Notes under the pieces: generated by a model | The model's database searches: none | What the model was told of the DNA's origin: nothing | What the model saw: the letters and a program-made list of their open reading frames with translations, nothing else | In this document: piece by piece, positions 12,201 through 27,620 of the stretch | How the letters are laid out: each line of letters opens with the position of its first letter | Numbering within the stretch: position 1 is the stretch's first letter | Position numbers and translations under genes: made by a program | From: Euprymna scolopes | Taxonomy: Eukaryota | Length of the DNA stretch: 64,000 bases | Assembly: GCA_053919585.1 (NCBI GenBank) | Contig: CM132801.1 | Direction: 5' to 3' (one strand)

Positions 12201-15200
12201 GGTTACCGGCATGAATTTTTGGCTCACATAACAAAAGAAAAATATTTAACAATAATTACATTATGTTTTGTTTTGGTTTTGTTCTTTTTTTTTCTTTTTT
12301 TTTCTTAAAATGTAGTAATGAAAATAAACAGAATAGCAAGTAGCAAATGGTAAAAGACGTGAAACTAAAAAATAAGGCAAAATTAATAATGAAACTTAGA
12401 AAAATAGGTCTGCAAACTCTTTTGTCCCTCACAGTATTTTAAAATGATGTATGTTTGTATTTTAAATAAATGCATTTAATATATTAATAGTTCTTTCTCC
12501 ATAAACACATTTTAAATATTTTAAAAGTTAAAAATGCATAGTTATTTCTGAATAACCTATTTTAAAATCATATATGTAATTAATACTTAATAAACATCAT
12601 TTTAAACTATATATGTAGATATTTTAATGACACATTTTAAAATAATATATATAATCATTTTCAAATAAACGATTTAAAAGATATATAGTGTTATTTCTAA
12701 ATTAACGCATTTTAACATGATATATGGAATTATTTCTTAATTAACGCATATTAAAATGATATACGTAGTTATTTCTGAATAAATGCATTTAAAAATGATG
12801 TATGTAGATATTTCTAAAAAAAATGTATATTTAAATGGTATATATAGTAATGTCTAAATAAACATATTTAAAAATGATATATGTAATTATGTCTAAAAAA
12901 CACATTTAAAAAGTATATATGTAGTTGTTTTTTAATAAACGCATTTTTAAATAATATACGTAATTATTTCTAAATCCACTCATTGTAAAATGATATATAT
13001 GTAGTTACGTCTAAATAAACACAATTTGAAATGATATATGTAGTTTTTCGAAATAAACGCATTTTAATATATATATAATGTATTTTTAAAATAAACGCAT
13101 TATTAAATGATATATGCAGTTATTTTTAAATCAACACTTTTAAAATAATATATGTAGTTATTTCTAAATGAACGCATTTTAAAATGATACATGTAGATAT
13201 TTCTAAATTAACAAATTTTAAAATGATATATATAGTATTTTATACACCAACGCATTTTAAAATGATATATATATGTTATTTCAAAATCAACGCATTTAAA
13301 AATAATATATAAATTAATTACTTAATTAACGCCTTTTAAAATGATATATATAGTTATTTAAAAAGTGTTCTAAGATTATATATGTAGTTATTTCTAAATG
13401 AACGCATTTTAAAATGATATATGTAGATATTTCTAAATCAACGGATGTTAAAATGGTATATCTAGTTATTTCTAAATAATTTCATTTAAAAATAATATGT
13501 ATAGTTATTTCTAAATTAACGCATTTTTAAATAATATCTGTAGTTATTTCTAAATTAACGCATTTTGAAATGATATTTGTAGTTGCTTCTAAATAGACGT
13601 ATGTTAAATTATCTACGTCTATATATAAATAAACGCATTTTCAAATAATATATGTAATTATTTCTAAATAAATGTATTTAAAATGACATATGTAGTTATT
13701 TCTAAATTAACACATATTTAAATGATATATGTAGCTACTTCTAGGTAACCTATATAAAATTTGCTACGCAATTATTTTTTAATAAACGCATTTGAAAAGT
13801 GTTTATGTAGTTATTCTTTAAAAATTGCATTGAAAAATGAGATACATTATTATTTCTGAATAAACGCATTTTTAAATAATATACGTCGATATTTCTAAAT
13901 AAACACATTTTGAAATGATATATATATAGTTCTTTCTAAAAATTGCATTTTAAAAGCATATGTGGTTATTCGTAAATATACGCATTTTAAAAATATATAT
14001 GTGCTTATTTCTAAACGCATTTATGTTAAATTATGTATAAAACTATTTCTACAGAAAACAATAAATATAGTTATTTTTTAATAAATGCATGTGAAATATT
14101 TATGAAATTATTTCTAAATACACGCATTATGTAACGTTATCTATTGTTATTTTGAAATTACGCATATTAAAATGATGTATGTAATTATTTCTTCATGAAC
14201 GCATTTTAAAATGATATATGTAGTTATTTCTAAACGCATCTTCAAACGATATATGTAGTAAGTTCTGAATAATAGCATTTTTAAATTATATATTTTGTTG
14301 TATGTAAATTAAGGAATTTTAAAATGATATTTGTAATTATTTTTAAATAAGCGCATTTTTAAATGATATGCGTATATATATTTTTTAAATATGTATTTTT
14401 ATTGAAATATATGGCAATTTCTAAATAAACGTATTTTAAAACAATAAATGTAGTTATTTCTAAATAAAAACATTTTGAATTTATATATGTCGTTATTTTT
14501 AATAAATGCATTTTAATATGCTATCTGTAACTTTTTCTAAAAAAAGTGTATTTTAAAATGATGTATGTAGCATTTTTGAAAATATATGTCTTTGCTTATC
14601 AATCAACTCATTTTAAAATTTTATCTGTAGTTATTTATAAATAAACGATTTTGAAAATGATATATATATATGGTTATTTCTAAAATAAACGTTTTTTAAA
14701 AGTATATAGTTATTACTAAATAAAAACACTTTTAAATGATACATGTAATTATTTCTAAATAACCATATTTTAAAATGATAAATGTTGTTATTTCTTAATA
14801 AACAAATTTTAAAATTATCTGTAGTTATTTATAAATAATCGATTTTTAAAATGATACATATGGTTATTTCTAAAATAAACGTTTTTTAAGTGTATATAGT
14901 TATTACCAAACAAAAACAGTTTTAAATTATATATGTAATTATTTCTAAATAACCATATTTTTAAATGGAATATGTTGTTATTTCTTAATAGACATATTTT
15001 ACAATTATATGTGTTGTTATTTGAAAGAATCATTTTAAATAATATATATAATTATATCTTAATACACGCATTTTAAAATAATATATGTGGTTTTTCTAAA
15101 TAAACATTTTTATAATGATATATGTAGATATTTTTAATAAATGTATTTAAAAGTGATATATATATAAATAATTTCTTAATAAACGTATTTTAAATGTATA

Positions 15201-15875
15201 TGCATGTTATTATTTCTAATAAACTCATTCTAAATTATATATGTAGTTTTTTCTAAATGAACGTATTTTAATATATTTCAAAATATGTAAATAATTCTTA
15301 AATAAACGCATGTTGAAATCATATATATAGTTATTTCCAAGTTAAAGCATTTTAAAATATTTGTAAACATTTATAAGTGAATGCATTTTAAATGGTATAT
15401 ATATAATTATTTCCTTATATACACATTCTAAAATGATATATATATACTTATTTCTAAATAAACGCATGTTAATTATCTTAGTAATTATTTCTAAATAAAC
15501 GCAGTTTAAAGTATATATGTAGTTATTTCTAAATATACACATTTTAATATCATATATGCATTTTTTAAATAAACGCATTTTATAATAATATTTGTGGTTA
15601 TTCCTAATAACACATTTTAAAAAGATATTTATTGTAATTTTTAAATAAATCGATTTTTAAATGATATATGCTTTTATTTTTAAATAAACGCATTTTAAAA
15701 TTATATGTGTTATTTAATTCTAACTAAACGTATTTTGAAATGATATATGTCGCGATTTCTAAATAAACTTAGTTTAAAATGATATATGTAGTTTTTTCTT
15801 AAACAACTACATTTTAAAATGGTATATGTAATTTTCTATATGATCGCATGTTTAAATCATATCTGTTGTTTTTTT
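9250..15875. repeat. 39-bp AT-rich satellite array
   Basis: Consensus about TTTTAAAATGATATATGTAGTTATTTCTAAATAAACGCA, repeated head-to-tail and degenerate; interrupted at 11687-12434. Confidence 0.95.
11687..12434 (-). mobile_element. internally deleted Tc1-like transposon
   Basis: Imperfect ~28-bp TIRs (ctgtggggatccaaagtgtttgcaaaac and ggtctgcaaactcttttgtccctcacag-TA); HTH-like N-terminus MAKGKMLTDREKGEIVKL...LEISNILKRDNRTVK starting at 12194. Confidence 0.82.
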
Positions 15876-16950
15876 AAGGAAATATGTTTAAATATAATCA
15901 AAATAGACATGAGAAATTTCATTTAAACTATTGAAAATTTGTAAAGGCAACATTAAAAAATATAGAAGAAAAATGTAAAACATTAAAACATAATTAACAT
16001 AATATTGAAAAATATTGAATAAAGTTCATCGCCTTGCAGGTTTTCGATACACAAGACAAGCACATTATTATAATATGTTGCGGAAGTTCTCGTAATGATT
16101 TTGAGACCATAACTACCACGAATCGCTGCTCATGACGCTATGATGTAAGTATATTTATTACCTCGGTGTAAACCCATTATTGCTGAAACGTGCTAGATCA
16201 ACTTCCGCTATAATAGAATATTAAAATATTGAAAAATATTGAAAAACGTTTAAAAGGCAATTAATAATATCGTAAAACATCGGACATATCTGAATAAAAA
16301 ACAGACAAAATCATTCAACTAATGTTTTAAATATTGCAGAAAATAAAATAAAAATAAAAAATGTGAATATATAGAAAACATTGATAAAAAAATGTAAAAT
16401 GCTAAAAGAACAAACTAAAACAGCACGAAAAATTAAAAATATGTGTGTGCATAGAAAAAGGATACACGAAATAATGGAGAAAGGAGTAATATAAAAAGCA
16501 TGAATGTGATAAATACTTATTTCAGAGAATACAAAATGTTCAAATAAAAAATATAAGCTAGTTGTTCCAAGCCAGCGTTATCCGGAAATGTTTTGCTTCT
16601 ACTATGTTTTCTTTTTGCTAATTCTGATAATTTAATATTATAATAATCTGATTTTTAATATCATTTCGAAAGTTTAATTTAATTATCGTCCGGTTATTAA
16701 CTTATTAATGGAATCATAATTATTATAAAACTATAATATATATCATTTGTTGATAATGTAATTTTTCAATCTGTATTTATAAAATTACTGGATAACATTG
16801 AATTAGTTAATTCGCGTAAATGTTAAAGTAACACTTTTTTTTAATTCAACAATTGAAATGCTTCAACCTGTTGTAAATTTTCAAATAGTCACAAACCAAT
16901 TCTTTTTTTTTTTTTCAAATAACAAATGTGTTGATTTTAGTATATATTAT

Positions 16951-19900
16951 TTTATGAGGACTTAACCATTCACTCGTAATGGGTTTTTTTAATCATTATA
17001 AAATCCCGAGTCTAATACTTTCGTGGCAAATTATCGCGAACCTGACGTCGAAAGGTTCGACGATCAGTCTGGCAGAAACTGGGCTATTTCATTTTTTTTT
17101 TTTTCTGTAGGACATGCAAATTTTCTTAGTATTCCTAGGAGGTCCGCTCTCCCAGAAATTGCTTCCCGGTTTTCGGGTGGAGTAAGTTTATTGCTTATTA
17201 TCTGAGACGCCCTCGCTGTGGAATGCTCTCAGGATTATTGAAACATTTCTTTTTTGTACCAGGGCTTTTCTTGAAAGAAAGATTCAAAAATTGCTACTGG
17301 AACAAAAGAAGATAAAATTATTGCTACAAACTTAAACAAATAAATACCAAGTCAAGAAAACTACATTGGCATTCTCACAAGACGCAGTCTGGACCGCTAT
17401 TGACAATTTCATTTACGCCCGAGACGAAGACATAACATTCGCCTGATATTTTAGAAGGCACAGTGGCCAGTATAACAGTGATAGTACCGATTAGGCGAAC
17501 TCTAGAAAGGTTCGTCAATTGCTTTAAAAACTAGAATCCACAGAACACAACATATTCGTGGCTTACATTTTATCGCGAAAAACGTGTGACTTTTTCAGAA
17601 AACGTTAACAGAAATGTTCAGTCTGTAAACGCCGTTATTTAATAAAGGGTGGAAATATTTAACTTTAACCAAGAAAGATAATGAGGACTATTAAACATTT
17701 GCATGGAAGGTAAACAAATGTTGTAACGACTTTAACCTAGCTGAATTAGGTACTGACGATTTCAAAGGCCGGATATTTGTAACCGAATTAAAAAGCGAAC
17801 CAAACCTGCCACTACAAAAGTTGGCAGATGGCTGTTAACAAGTGATAGCGTTAAAAGGAGATTCAAAGAACATTGAAGAATTCGGCATCTCGTACATAAA
17901 AAGGATACACAATAATTAAAATTTCTACTTTAGTGAAAATAAAAAAGAAAATAATTCATGGAGGAAATTAATAACTATCCCTGTAGTTCGCATACAGAAA
18001 CGCGAATTCACTGAAAGTCAAAGAAAGTCAGCATTAAATCCATGCTATTGGTGTACTTCTGATGGAATTGGACATAAAAGGTCCTATTGTAGAGCAAAAA
18101 ACAAAATTAAAAGACATGTACGATACGCTAGAACAAACGAAAAAGGCGATACAAATATACATAAATATGCATAGATGAAATGTTAAATAAAAAAAAATGG
18201 ATACTCTATTGATTCCGAAATCGCATAATTGGATGATATTATAAGTGAGACCAGAGAACAACATCGAGACCATGTCTTTCGAACGCAGGAGTTTGATTTA
18301 AAAATAAAAGAAAGAAAATGCGATTCCTTATTGGAAGAAATTGACAACAATGGTAGGAGACCGAACCCGGAAAGAATATGCCCCCTCAAAAAAATATTAC
18401 AGTATTACAAAGTTTGAGAGGGGTTTAGCGAACAATTATCAGGCATTCATTCCCAATATGCACGCCATCTAGGACCCAATGAACAAGCTACTAAAAAATA
18501 ACAGAGTGTGGAAATGGACACCTGAATGTCAGGCAACATTCGATAAAATAAAATAAAACCTGACATCAGAGCTATTCCTATTCACTATGACCCAAAATTA
18601 GATATGCGAACACATAAAGAATAAGGTTACAATCAGGATTCGGTTCTGGGGTTCGTGAAGGAGTGAGTCACTCGCTCGACAACAGCACGTTTCTGCCCTC
18701 TTCTTTTCCAATCGACCACACCTGGCCTCTCGCAATCAATGTCACACCGCACAATCTGAACGTCAGCAACACGAAATCCTTTTCAAGGGAAGATGTTCAT
18801 GATTCTTTTCTTTTTGCTACCTCCATGGAATTTTTCCCAGCTTTTATATCCTCCTATCTAGAAAAAAAAGGAAGAGACAGGAACAAAAATAGCTTCTCCC
18901 ATCATGCCCTGCCCCCCAAGATGCCCTTCGTGTATATAAATGAGCTAGCCATCCTTTCTTTCTTCTTTCCCAAAGAGCGATGCAGATACGCCCGGTACGT
19001 TTTTTTTTTCTAACCATATATCCCACAGACTTGTATCTTATACAAAATGGAAGACAGGAGTCAATAATCGATTGCATAAACGTCAAGATCTCTGCTCCCG
19101 GCATAAAACACTATTCACAAATTGAGAAGGAAGCTCTTGCTCTTCTCTTCGCAGTTACAAATGCGATTTTCTATACCGCACACTCTAAGCGTCCATTGAC
19201 CATCTTTGTGTTGGAAATAGGGCCAACCGTCTACACAGCGAATAGATTACTGAGATGGGGCTCTATTCTGCTAAATTACAATTTAAAGTTACAGTACCTC
19301 TAAAAGATAGGATATGCGGACGGACATTCAAAGTTGGTTCCGAGACATAGTGAATCTCTTGAAAACTCAATAATTGTTTTTTTTTTTTACATACCGATAA
19401 TGAAATAAGAACTATGGTGCACAATACTATCAGAAACCCTTCGATCACATTGCATGGAATTAAACCCGAGGCACAAAAAGACGAATTTATTAGTACTATA
19501 AAACAGAAAATCTCAAGTAAACACCAGCAAACACAGGACACGTTTTCTATGTGTGATGACAACCATAATATACAGCGAGAGACCCTTCATACCAAAAGCA
19601 TTACAAAAAATGATAATGAAAGACTTTTATATGGGTCATCTAAGAATAGACAGAATTGTGATCCTCCTGCGTAGTTACTGGCCTAAGATAGATATAATTA
19701 AAAACATGGCCGACTCATGCTAGGGTTGTGCTTTGACGGCAAAGGCACCTCCGATCACTTTTAAACCATGGCCCAAAACAGAGAAACCCTGGCCTAGAAC
19801 TCACATAGATTTCGCAGGGCCACTGGAGGATTGGTACTACTAAATTGTGATGGATAAAATGGACAGAAGTGCTGAGATGTAAGTGACCCACTACAGGGGA

Positions 19901-20831
19901 AGTTATTAATTTCCTCCATGAATGATTTGCCAACTATCGTCAACTGTTTAGCAAGTGACAACGGGATTCAATTTATGTCCACGGACTTCAAGTTCAGTGA
20001 GACGTTCCCATCCGCGCTCAAACGTGCAGGCGGAACGCTTCCTCGACACTTTAAAAGAGAACTCAAAAAAAGTATGCAGCACACGTACAGAAACGGCACG
20101 GCAACAATTTCTGCAGGTTTATATGACTACACCTAACGGTAACATACTATTAGCAGTATCCATAAACATTCCAACAAAAAATAAGGTGCGTATTTAAAAA
20201 AAATCTGTTTCCAAAAGAAATAAAATTCAGAAGGGTCTCTATTGTGCTTAAGGCGCAGGAGAAAAAGTTTTCTCCAACACTTACAAAAACAACCCGTCTT
20301 TCTGGGAACTGAGCATAATAGACAAAAGAATCAGAAATATTGTATAGATCATTCAACGTGCTAAATTCACACTTAAAAACAACCAAATAAGCAAGTGCCT
20401 GTTGGGTAATCCCAATGATGCGCCTCACATATTAGAAGAGGCCATTGAGACGATATATGACAGTTTCTACATCGAGACACCCCAATCAGCTCAAGGACAC
20501 CGCCGATTCGTGAAGGAAAAAGGAACTGCCCGGATCCTTTAACTATCGATGCAAAAAGGAAAAGGTGGCAGTTGCGGAGTAAAAGCTTGGGAGAGGGTGT
20601 TATGGGACTTAGCCATAACTCGTTATGAACTTTTCTATTTATTAAAAAAAAACGAATTTAATGATCTCATGGAGAATTATCGCGACCTAACAATCGGAAA
20701 GTGGCAACAACTATTTCTTTGTATTTACTTTCTTGTACAATATATTATTTTCTATCTATAACCTTTTTCTTGTACTACAGCAATTGTTTCGGTTAAGATC
20801 AGATTACACACGGACATTAGCATTCTCAACA
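16951..20831 (+). mobile_element. heavily decayed Ty3/gypsy LTR retrotransposon
   Basis: RH motif HYSQIEKEALA...RLLRW; IN motifs HIDFAGP, SDNGIQF, HPRSNVQAERF; PPT gggagaggg then a TG...CA LTR at about 20598-20831. A diverged partial LTR homologue lies at about 16951-17065. Confidence 0.8.
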
Positions 20832-21834
20832 TAGCATATGAAGCAGAAAACATTGCTTATAAAGTTATTTAAAGAGAGAGCAAGTTTAAAAATAATAACA
20901 GTGAACAGACTTCCCTCACACATGCTAGCATCAATAATGCAGACTGGATACAACTTGTTTCATTCTGGGTTAAGTGTGTAATTACGAGACTAATCATAGA
21001 AACAAAACCGATATGGAATTGAACAGAAATCACGCAACCAAAATGAAAAACGAAATAAAAAAAAATAAAGCACTGTGTGTCATAAGATCAGAAAACTATT
21101 AAAAAGGACAAATACGGCTTACAGAGAAGATCTAAAGCAAAGTATACCAGACAAGGAAGGGAGACTGAGATAAAAATCCTGACAGTAAGAATGGAAATGA
21201 AATCTTGCGAGTAATGTAAAACAGTTTTTACAAAATATAAACAAATAACAGAGCAATCTAACCCAACAGAAATTTGACACTTCTGGATAAATATATGGGA
21301 AAAACGAAGAAACCACAACAGAATGCCAAGTAGCTGAAAATTATGAAGAATTTTCACAAAATTGAAGGGACAGAAACCAAAATTAATAAGAAACTCTCAA
21401 ACTGATATTAAGCAAAATGTCAACTTTAAAATACTAGCAAAAAATTCAACGGAACGTACATGCGTAATAGACATACTGAAATATACCTAATGCGAGAAAA
21501 AGATTAATTGAAAAAGCAGCGAAGAGAGAGCAATTACATGTAATTATAGACCTATAACCTGCCTACTAACACCGTGAGAAATGTTAACGACACAATTTAG
21601 CGAAAAGATAACAATCTACTCACGTCCTTAAACTTCTTCCTTATGAATATAAAGTGTTTCAAAATGAGAAAGAAAAGATTTAACATAACTGAAAAGCATA
21701 GAACTATCCTTTTACCACCTCTAGTAATGGGTATATTTCTATGCGTGGTGTAGCAATCGGTCTCCGAAGATTAACAGGTGCACCACGTGAAGGTTTGCCT
21801 CTTGCCCCCAAAGACAAAGAGTCATGTGGAATGA

Positions 21835-22470
21835 CAACATGCTTACACATGAACCTTAGAAAACACATTACCAAATTGAAAGACAAGCTGTCATCATGAA
21901 ACAGCCTTCTCAGTAAGCTTGCCGCCAGCAATTGGGGTGCCGACCCCAAAACACCGAGGCAAACAGCTCTCGCACTGTGCCATTCCACAGCGGAGTATTG
22001 TGGCCCAGTATGTGCAAGATCATGCCATGCCCATAAAATTGATGTAGAGCTGAACAAGGCATACTGGACCATAACTGGTGCCCTAAGACCAACTCCCTTG
22101 CCAGCTCTATACTGCCTAACTGGTATTCCACTACCACATAGCAGGCGAAAAGTCATCACCAGAATAGAACGGTACAAACAGCTTAACGACCACAGGCACT
22201 CACTGTTTGGCCACCAATCAGTGAGACAAAGACTAAAATCTCGCAGTAGCTTCATCAATATAGAGGAAATCGATCCCAGGCAAGCTGCCTCCTATAGGAT
22301 GGAATGATGGCGAGACTATAACAGCAAGAATAAAAATGAAGCCCTACCAGACCCAAAAGAAACACTCCCCCAGGGTTTAAACCTTGGTAGAAAAAATAGA
22401 GCCAGAGCCAAAGTAGGCAAAACAAAAGACAATCTCTCCATGTGGAGAGATACAAACGATGCACCACCTT
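21835..22470 (+). mobile_element. Ingi/Vingi-like LINE RT C-terminal fragment
   Basis: KLAASNWGADP...TALALCHSTAEYCGPV...ITGALRPTPLPALYCLTGIP, with stops. Confidence 0.7.
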
Positions 22471-23565
22471 AGGGAAAACTGCCGATTAGGTCCTCATTGC
22501 TTAAACCAAGACCTTAAGGACGTAAACAGCACCGTCATGCGATGGGTTTATTTCTATTGCGATAAGATATGATGATGATAGAACTATCCAATCGAGAGAT
22601 GACACTTGGTTAACGCATTTATGAATCTTGTCATTCCGGGACAGAACAGCAGCAAAATAAAAGTGATGAAAAGCATGACTAAAAGGTAAACTTAATAATA
22701 GAAAGAAAGGTTTGTGCTTGGTAAGATACTCTGCACACTTCATAATCTTTACAAAAGAAGAACTTGTGTACTTCAATCGAAGAACCAGAAATCTAATCAT
22801 ACAATGCACAGTTCATTAGAAATATAGTAATCAGCAATGTATGTATGTAAAAAGGAAAGCAAAGATGGCTGAAAATTACTGGAGATTTTATAGGCAATAC
22901 AATTGGTGGACTAGAGAAAACTATAACACGAAATAGCGAGTCTGGTAAACCAAGCAGCAATGTGAACACGTCCTAATGGTTTGCTGAAAACTCCTAGACT
23001 GTCCTTAAACTTCTTGTTTTCTCTTTTCCGGTGACGTGGCCGATTAAAGGACACGTCCCTTTAACATGACTTCAGGTCACCTTTATAAATGTGACGTGAT
23101 CAATGTCACTTATAAATTACAGCTAAATTTATAAACATATGACTTCAGCTAAAAACAATATTTATCTTCTTAGCCTAGCAAGGTCAATTGGTGTTGTCCG
23201 GAACCAGTGTTTCCCTGGAAGCTCTATACAACACTTTTTCTATGCCAAACTTATATTTTTAAAAAACATATTCACCACAAGTCTTAAAAAAACTTGTTCA
23301 TTTTTACAAATTTTAGTGAAAAAAACAAACAAACAAAAACAGTTGGTGCAATTTGTCATGCCTTAATTTATCGTGCCTTATTTTGTCATGCTTAAAATTG
23401 TTGTGCCTTAATGTGTCGTACCAAAATATCACACGAATAGAAAATCATCAGGGGCAGTTATTAGCGTCTTGCGTAAAGTTATCGTTTTTAAATTTGTCGT
23501 ATATAAATAGTGAAACCGCTAAAAAAATCTAGAAAAAAAGCGAGTAAAATCGGAATAAAATAAGA

Positions 23566-23831
23566 NNNNNNNNNNNNNNNNNNNNNNNNNNNNNNNNNNN
23601 NNNNNNNNNNNNNNNNNNNNNNNNNNNNNNNNNNNNNNNNNNNNNNNNNNNNNNNNNNNNNNNNNNNNNNNNNNNNNNNNNNNNNNNNNNNNNNNNNNNN
23701 NNNNNNNNNNNNNNNNNNNNNNNNNNNNNNNNNNNNNNNNNNNNNNNNNNNNNNNNNNNNNNNNNNNNNNNNNNNNNNNNNNNNNNNNNNNNNNNNNNNN
23801 NNNNNNNNNNNNNNNNNNNNNNNNNNNNNNN
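23566..23831. other. assembly gap
   Basis: Run of N. Confidence 1.
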
Positions 23832-23926
23832 ACAATAATAATATTAATAACAATAATAATAATAATAACAATAATAACAATAACAATAATAATAATAATA
23901 ATAACGATAATAATAATTATTATTAT
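23832..23926. repeat. (AAT/AAC)n microsatellite
   Basis: Trinucleotide run next to the gap. Confidence 0.9.
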
Positions 23927-25009
23927 TGTCGGATTTTAACCGACTAACGTGGGAGGGGGCGTTTCTAAAACTCAACAGGTTAAACTTGAACTCGACGTAG
24001 AAGGAAAGAAAATGAAACTCTTATCTTGCGTGATGAATCCTTCACGGCTTTTCTCGGTTAACTGGAGTTGCAACGAATTGCCTCGTTGCTTACTAACGAC
24101 AGATCGTCCTTGTAAAAGTAACTAAGAAACGTATATAACTGGACTAAACAAAAAGACCAACAACACATATCGACGATAGGGGTGTTTTTATAACCCACTA
24201 GTCGATTCTATGCAAATGTTGTCACATCCAACACACGTGAGTGGACAAAAAAAAAAAAACACTATTATAAAATCAGTCGACCCAGCACTTTCAAACCTTT
24301 TGCTTGAACGACTGCCGCACAGAATTCCATTGTTTCACCCATCCACATCGAGTTCCGATAAGTAAAAATTACCACATAATAGGGTCGATATTTTTGTTAT
24401 GTACTGTTAGTGCTAAGGACATATGAATTATGACGATGTATGCCTTTTTACAATGCACTTGCGGTTAAAAAAAAATAAATACGTTCCTAATGTTACGCTG
24501 TGTCGGTTTAAATAGTCAGAACCAATTATCATTCCAAGTTTGAGCGAGATAAAAAAACTAAAATGCTTCGTTATTTCTTAAAATATTTCCAGAAGATTAA
24601 TCAGCCGTTTGAACCACCCACCGCGTGTGTAGATTTGTCCCATTCGTTCATTTTTGTTCTGTCCTTTTTGGATTAAAACTTTTATTTTAAACGTTCAAAA
24701 ACAAAACAGTATAAAACGATTACATTCTCAAGTATCATCTCCCAATCCAATACTTATGCGAGTTTTACAATGTAGATCAGATTTAATGTTACTTGGTGCC
24801 GACTCCAAACAGTCATAAATAATTATTATTCTAAGTTTGAGCGTAAACAACAAAAAGTAGGTGATACAGAGAAATAGGCGACTCGAAGTCAGCAAACAAG
24901 CAGTGTCAGATTAAAAAATCACATTATACTTAATTATGTTGTGGAATAAAATAATAAATTACATGTTATTATTTCATTGTTTTGAATTTTGTTGTTAGTT
25001 TTTTTTTTG

Positions 25010-26910
25010 TTTTGTTTTCTATTGCATTTTCATCCCAAACAAGGCACAGTGCCACTTTGATGTATGGGGATACTATCTGAGACAGAATTTGTAGAGGTAC
25101 TATGTAGGGAGTTGAGCATAAAGATGTATGTTTATATGACACTTAAACTTCTGCATGTCAGTACAGTCAGGAAAGCAGATACCCGGAAGGGAATTTCAAA
25201 GTTTAGCAGTCCTAAGGAAGAAACTATTAGAGTAGAAAGCTTTCTTACATCTAGGGATTTATACTAAGGAGAAACTAGTAGCAGAGGCACCATCCCAAAT
25301 GTGGCAACAATACTCCATACATTGGGCGAATGGTGGCCTTGTAGAGGTGCACGATACTTTCAGGCGTAAGTAACTTTCTAGCACGGTAGAGAGAGCCCAC
25401 CTTCTTTGTAGTAGCCTTAGCGATACCTTCAATATATCTGTTCCAACTCATGTTACCTGTGTATGTAAAGCCGGGGAGTTTGAACGAAGTACTTTCAGGT
25501 AATGTATCATTAGCCATAGCTATTAGTGGTTAAGCAGGTTTCTTGCGGCTATTAAGGAAAACAAGCTTAGTCTCGGAAGCATTAAATATGACCATCCAGT
25601 TTTGTCCCTATTCCACTACAGACTGGGATTTTCCTCTAGTGTTTCTGCCATTACCTTAGACATATGTATATTCGTTTTTCCCTAATGTCTGTTATAGAGG
25701 GTGGTGTCATCAGCAAATATACCCATCTCAGGGACAATGTTATCAGGGAGGTCATTTATAAATACGATGAATAATAAAGGTCCAAGAATTGACTTTTGTG
25801 GTACATCCGAATTTACATAATATTGTTTTGATATACGACCGTCGAGAAGAATTTAATTATGTTAAATATTTATCCATTAATACCATAGGATTTGATTTTC
25901 TTGAGATGATCATCGTGCCATATCCTGTCAAAGGCCTTAGATATATCTAGGGCTAATGTATTAGCATCCCCTGCTTTATCCAGTGCATTGTATATACGTT
26001 CAGATATTACAGTTAGGATATCTGCAGTAGGACGGGCTTGCCTAAACCGATACTGTTGGGTGGACAGAAGTTTAGCAGCTGAGGGGTTATGGTCTAATAC
26101 TTGGTTAATTATGGACTGAAATATTTTGGCGAAAAGAGAGAGGAGGCTAATGGGGCGATAATTTAATGAGTCAGTTCTTTCCCCAGAATTCTTGTAAACA
26201 CAGAAGCAATTTTCCAGCAGTCAGGAAACCAAGATTCGTTAAGTCATTAGTTGAAAAGTTTAAAGTGAACAGGAGCAAACATCAGCGAACCATTTTTTAA
26301 TGATGCAGCCGAGATGAGATCAGGGCCACATGCTTTTAAGGTGTCTAAGTTTTTTATGATATCATGTATTTAAGAAGGATGATTTTCAGGTCATCTAGTG
26401 TGATTTCTGTCCACGGAGGAAAATCTGAGAGTGAGTAGTTTAATAGGTCCAAAATAGAGTTGAGGCAAACCGACGGGCAAGCAATTTAGCCTTCTTGTTT
26501 GCCGGGCAAACAACTTCAAGGTTGCTGGATAGTGAGAGGATTGTTCATTGCCCACTATTTACAACGCTATTATTGATTTTCCAGAAACCACGAGTTCCTA
26601 ATTTCTGTGCTTCGATTTCTGGTGGTTTCGGTATATTCGCTATCGGCTGTGGCTATTTACTTCTTACAATTACTTTTAGATTCTATAAATTTTTGTACCG
26701 AATTTATGTCGGACAAGTTTTCCGTATGCATGCTGCTTTTGATCAATGGAAACTGCACAAGTAGAAGTAAACTATTGGGGGAATGTGGTTTGCTATAATA
26801 CTTATGTGTGGAAACACGTGCTCCAATTTCTGCTTTGAACGATTCAGTGGTCTCATTTGCGCACTGTTCCACAGGAAAGGATTAGATGATGCACCACTGA
26901 TGTGATCCCT
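25010..26910 (-). mobile_element. LINE family 2, 5'-truncated and decayed
   Basis: YRPISLL, LDISKAFD, VPQKSILGP, FADD, KKVGSLYRAR and the family-2 3' tail. Confidence 0.85.
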
Positions 26911-27399
26911 GATTGCATTAGTATTATGAAAATATACTACTTCATGAAATATTTCTAAATTTGTTTTATATTTTATTTTTAGAAAAATAAGTTTTGATTC
27001 TGTTTGCCGTGGACTTCTAATGGCCTATTCTTTTGCATCACCAGTTCCTTTTTTCTGCTTGCTGTCTCCTGAAAGAAATTAACTCAAATAGACGGTGTTC
27101 GTCTGGTATTTGAATCACGAATTCCGTAGTCAATCGAGAAAATAAAACTCTAGTCGTCATCCCTTGTTTTTATGAAGAGTAATTATTAAAGAAACTCCTA
27201 ACTACAATATTTTTTATCATAAAGTTAAGTTAAGAAAACAATGTACGCACTTTTCCTTTCTTTTCTCAACAACGCGGAGATTTACAAGTACGTGAACAGT
27301 TCGCTCTGAAAAAATGCATTTGTGACGCCCGATTGTCTTTCTTGCTTTTCTTTTTTTCTTCTCTATCTCTCTCTCCCTCCCTTCTCTCTCTCTCTCTCT

Positions 27400-27620
27400 C
27401 TCAGTCAGTGAGCGTGAGGGCGTAGCGTGGGAAGAAGGCCGATCCAGACACAGCTCCTAACGACAACTGCTCTCAACTCAACTCAACTGCCAAAAGACGC
27501 TCCCGCTCACCTTCTTATAGAAAGGTAGCAGGAAATAACTGACGAGGGCTGAGGTTTTATTCAACCAACAACCGTTCGCAGCGTCAAAATTGAATTCGCC
27601 CTGATTGGCCAATTTGGTAA
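27400..27620 (-). promoter_or_regulatory. candidate Pol II core promoter
   Basis: TATAAG at 27519-27514, Inr-like GCAGTT with the A at 27488 (31 nt spacing), and double CCAAT (ATTGGCCAAT) at 27604-27613, in unique GC-richer DNA. Confidence 0.4.

Noticed and set aside
9250-15875. Regular repeats resembling a CRISPR array, and 13-aa periodic ORFs
   Set aside because: Units are contiguous with no unique spacers and no cas genes; the ORFs are translations of a 39-bp satellite.
23926-24300. Possible solo LTR starting TGTCGG (also a candidate at about 60627-61140)
   Set aside because: No matching CA end with TSD, PBS or PPT could be fixed by eye.
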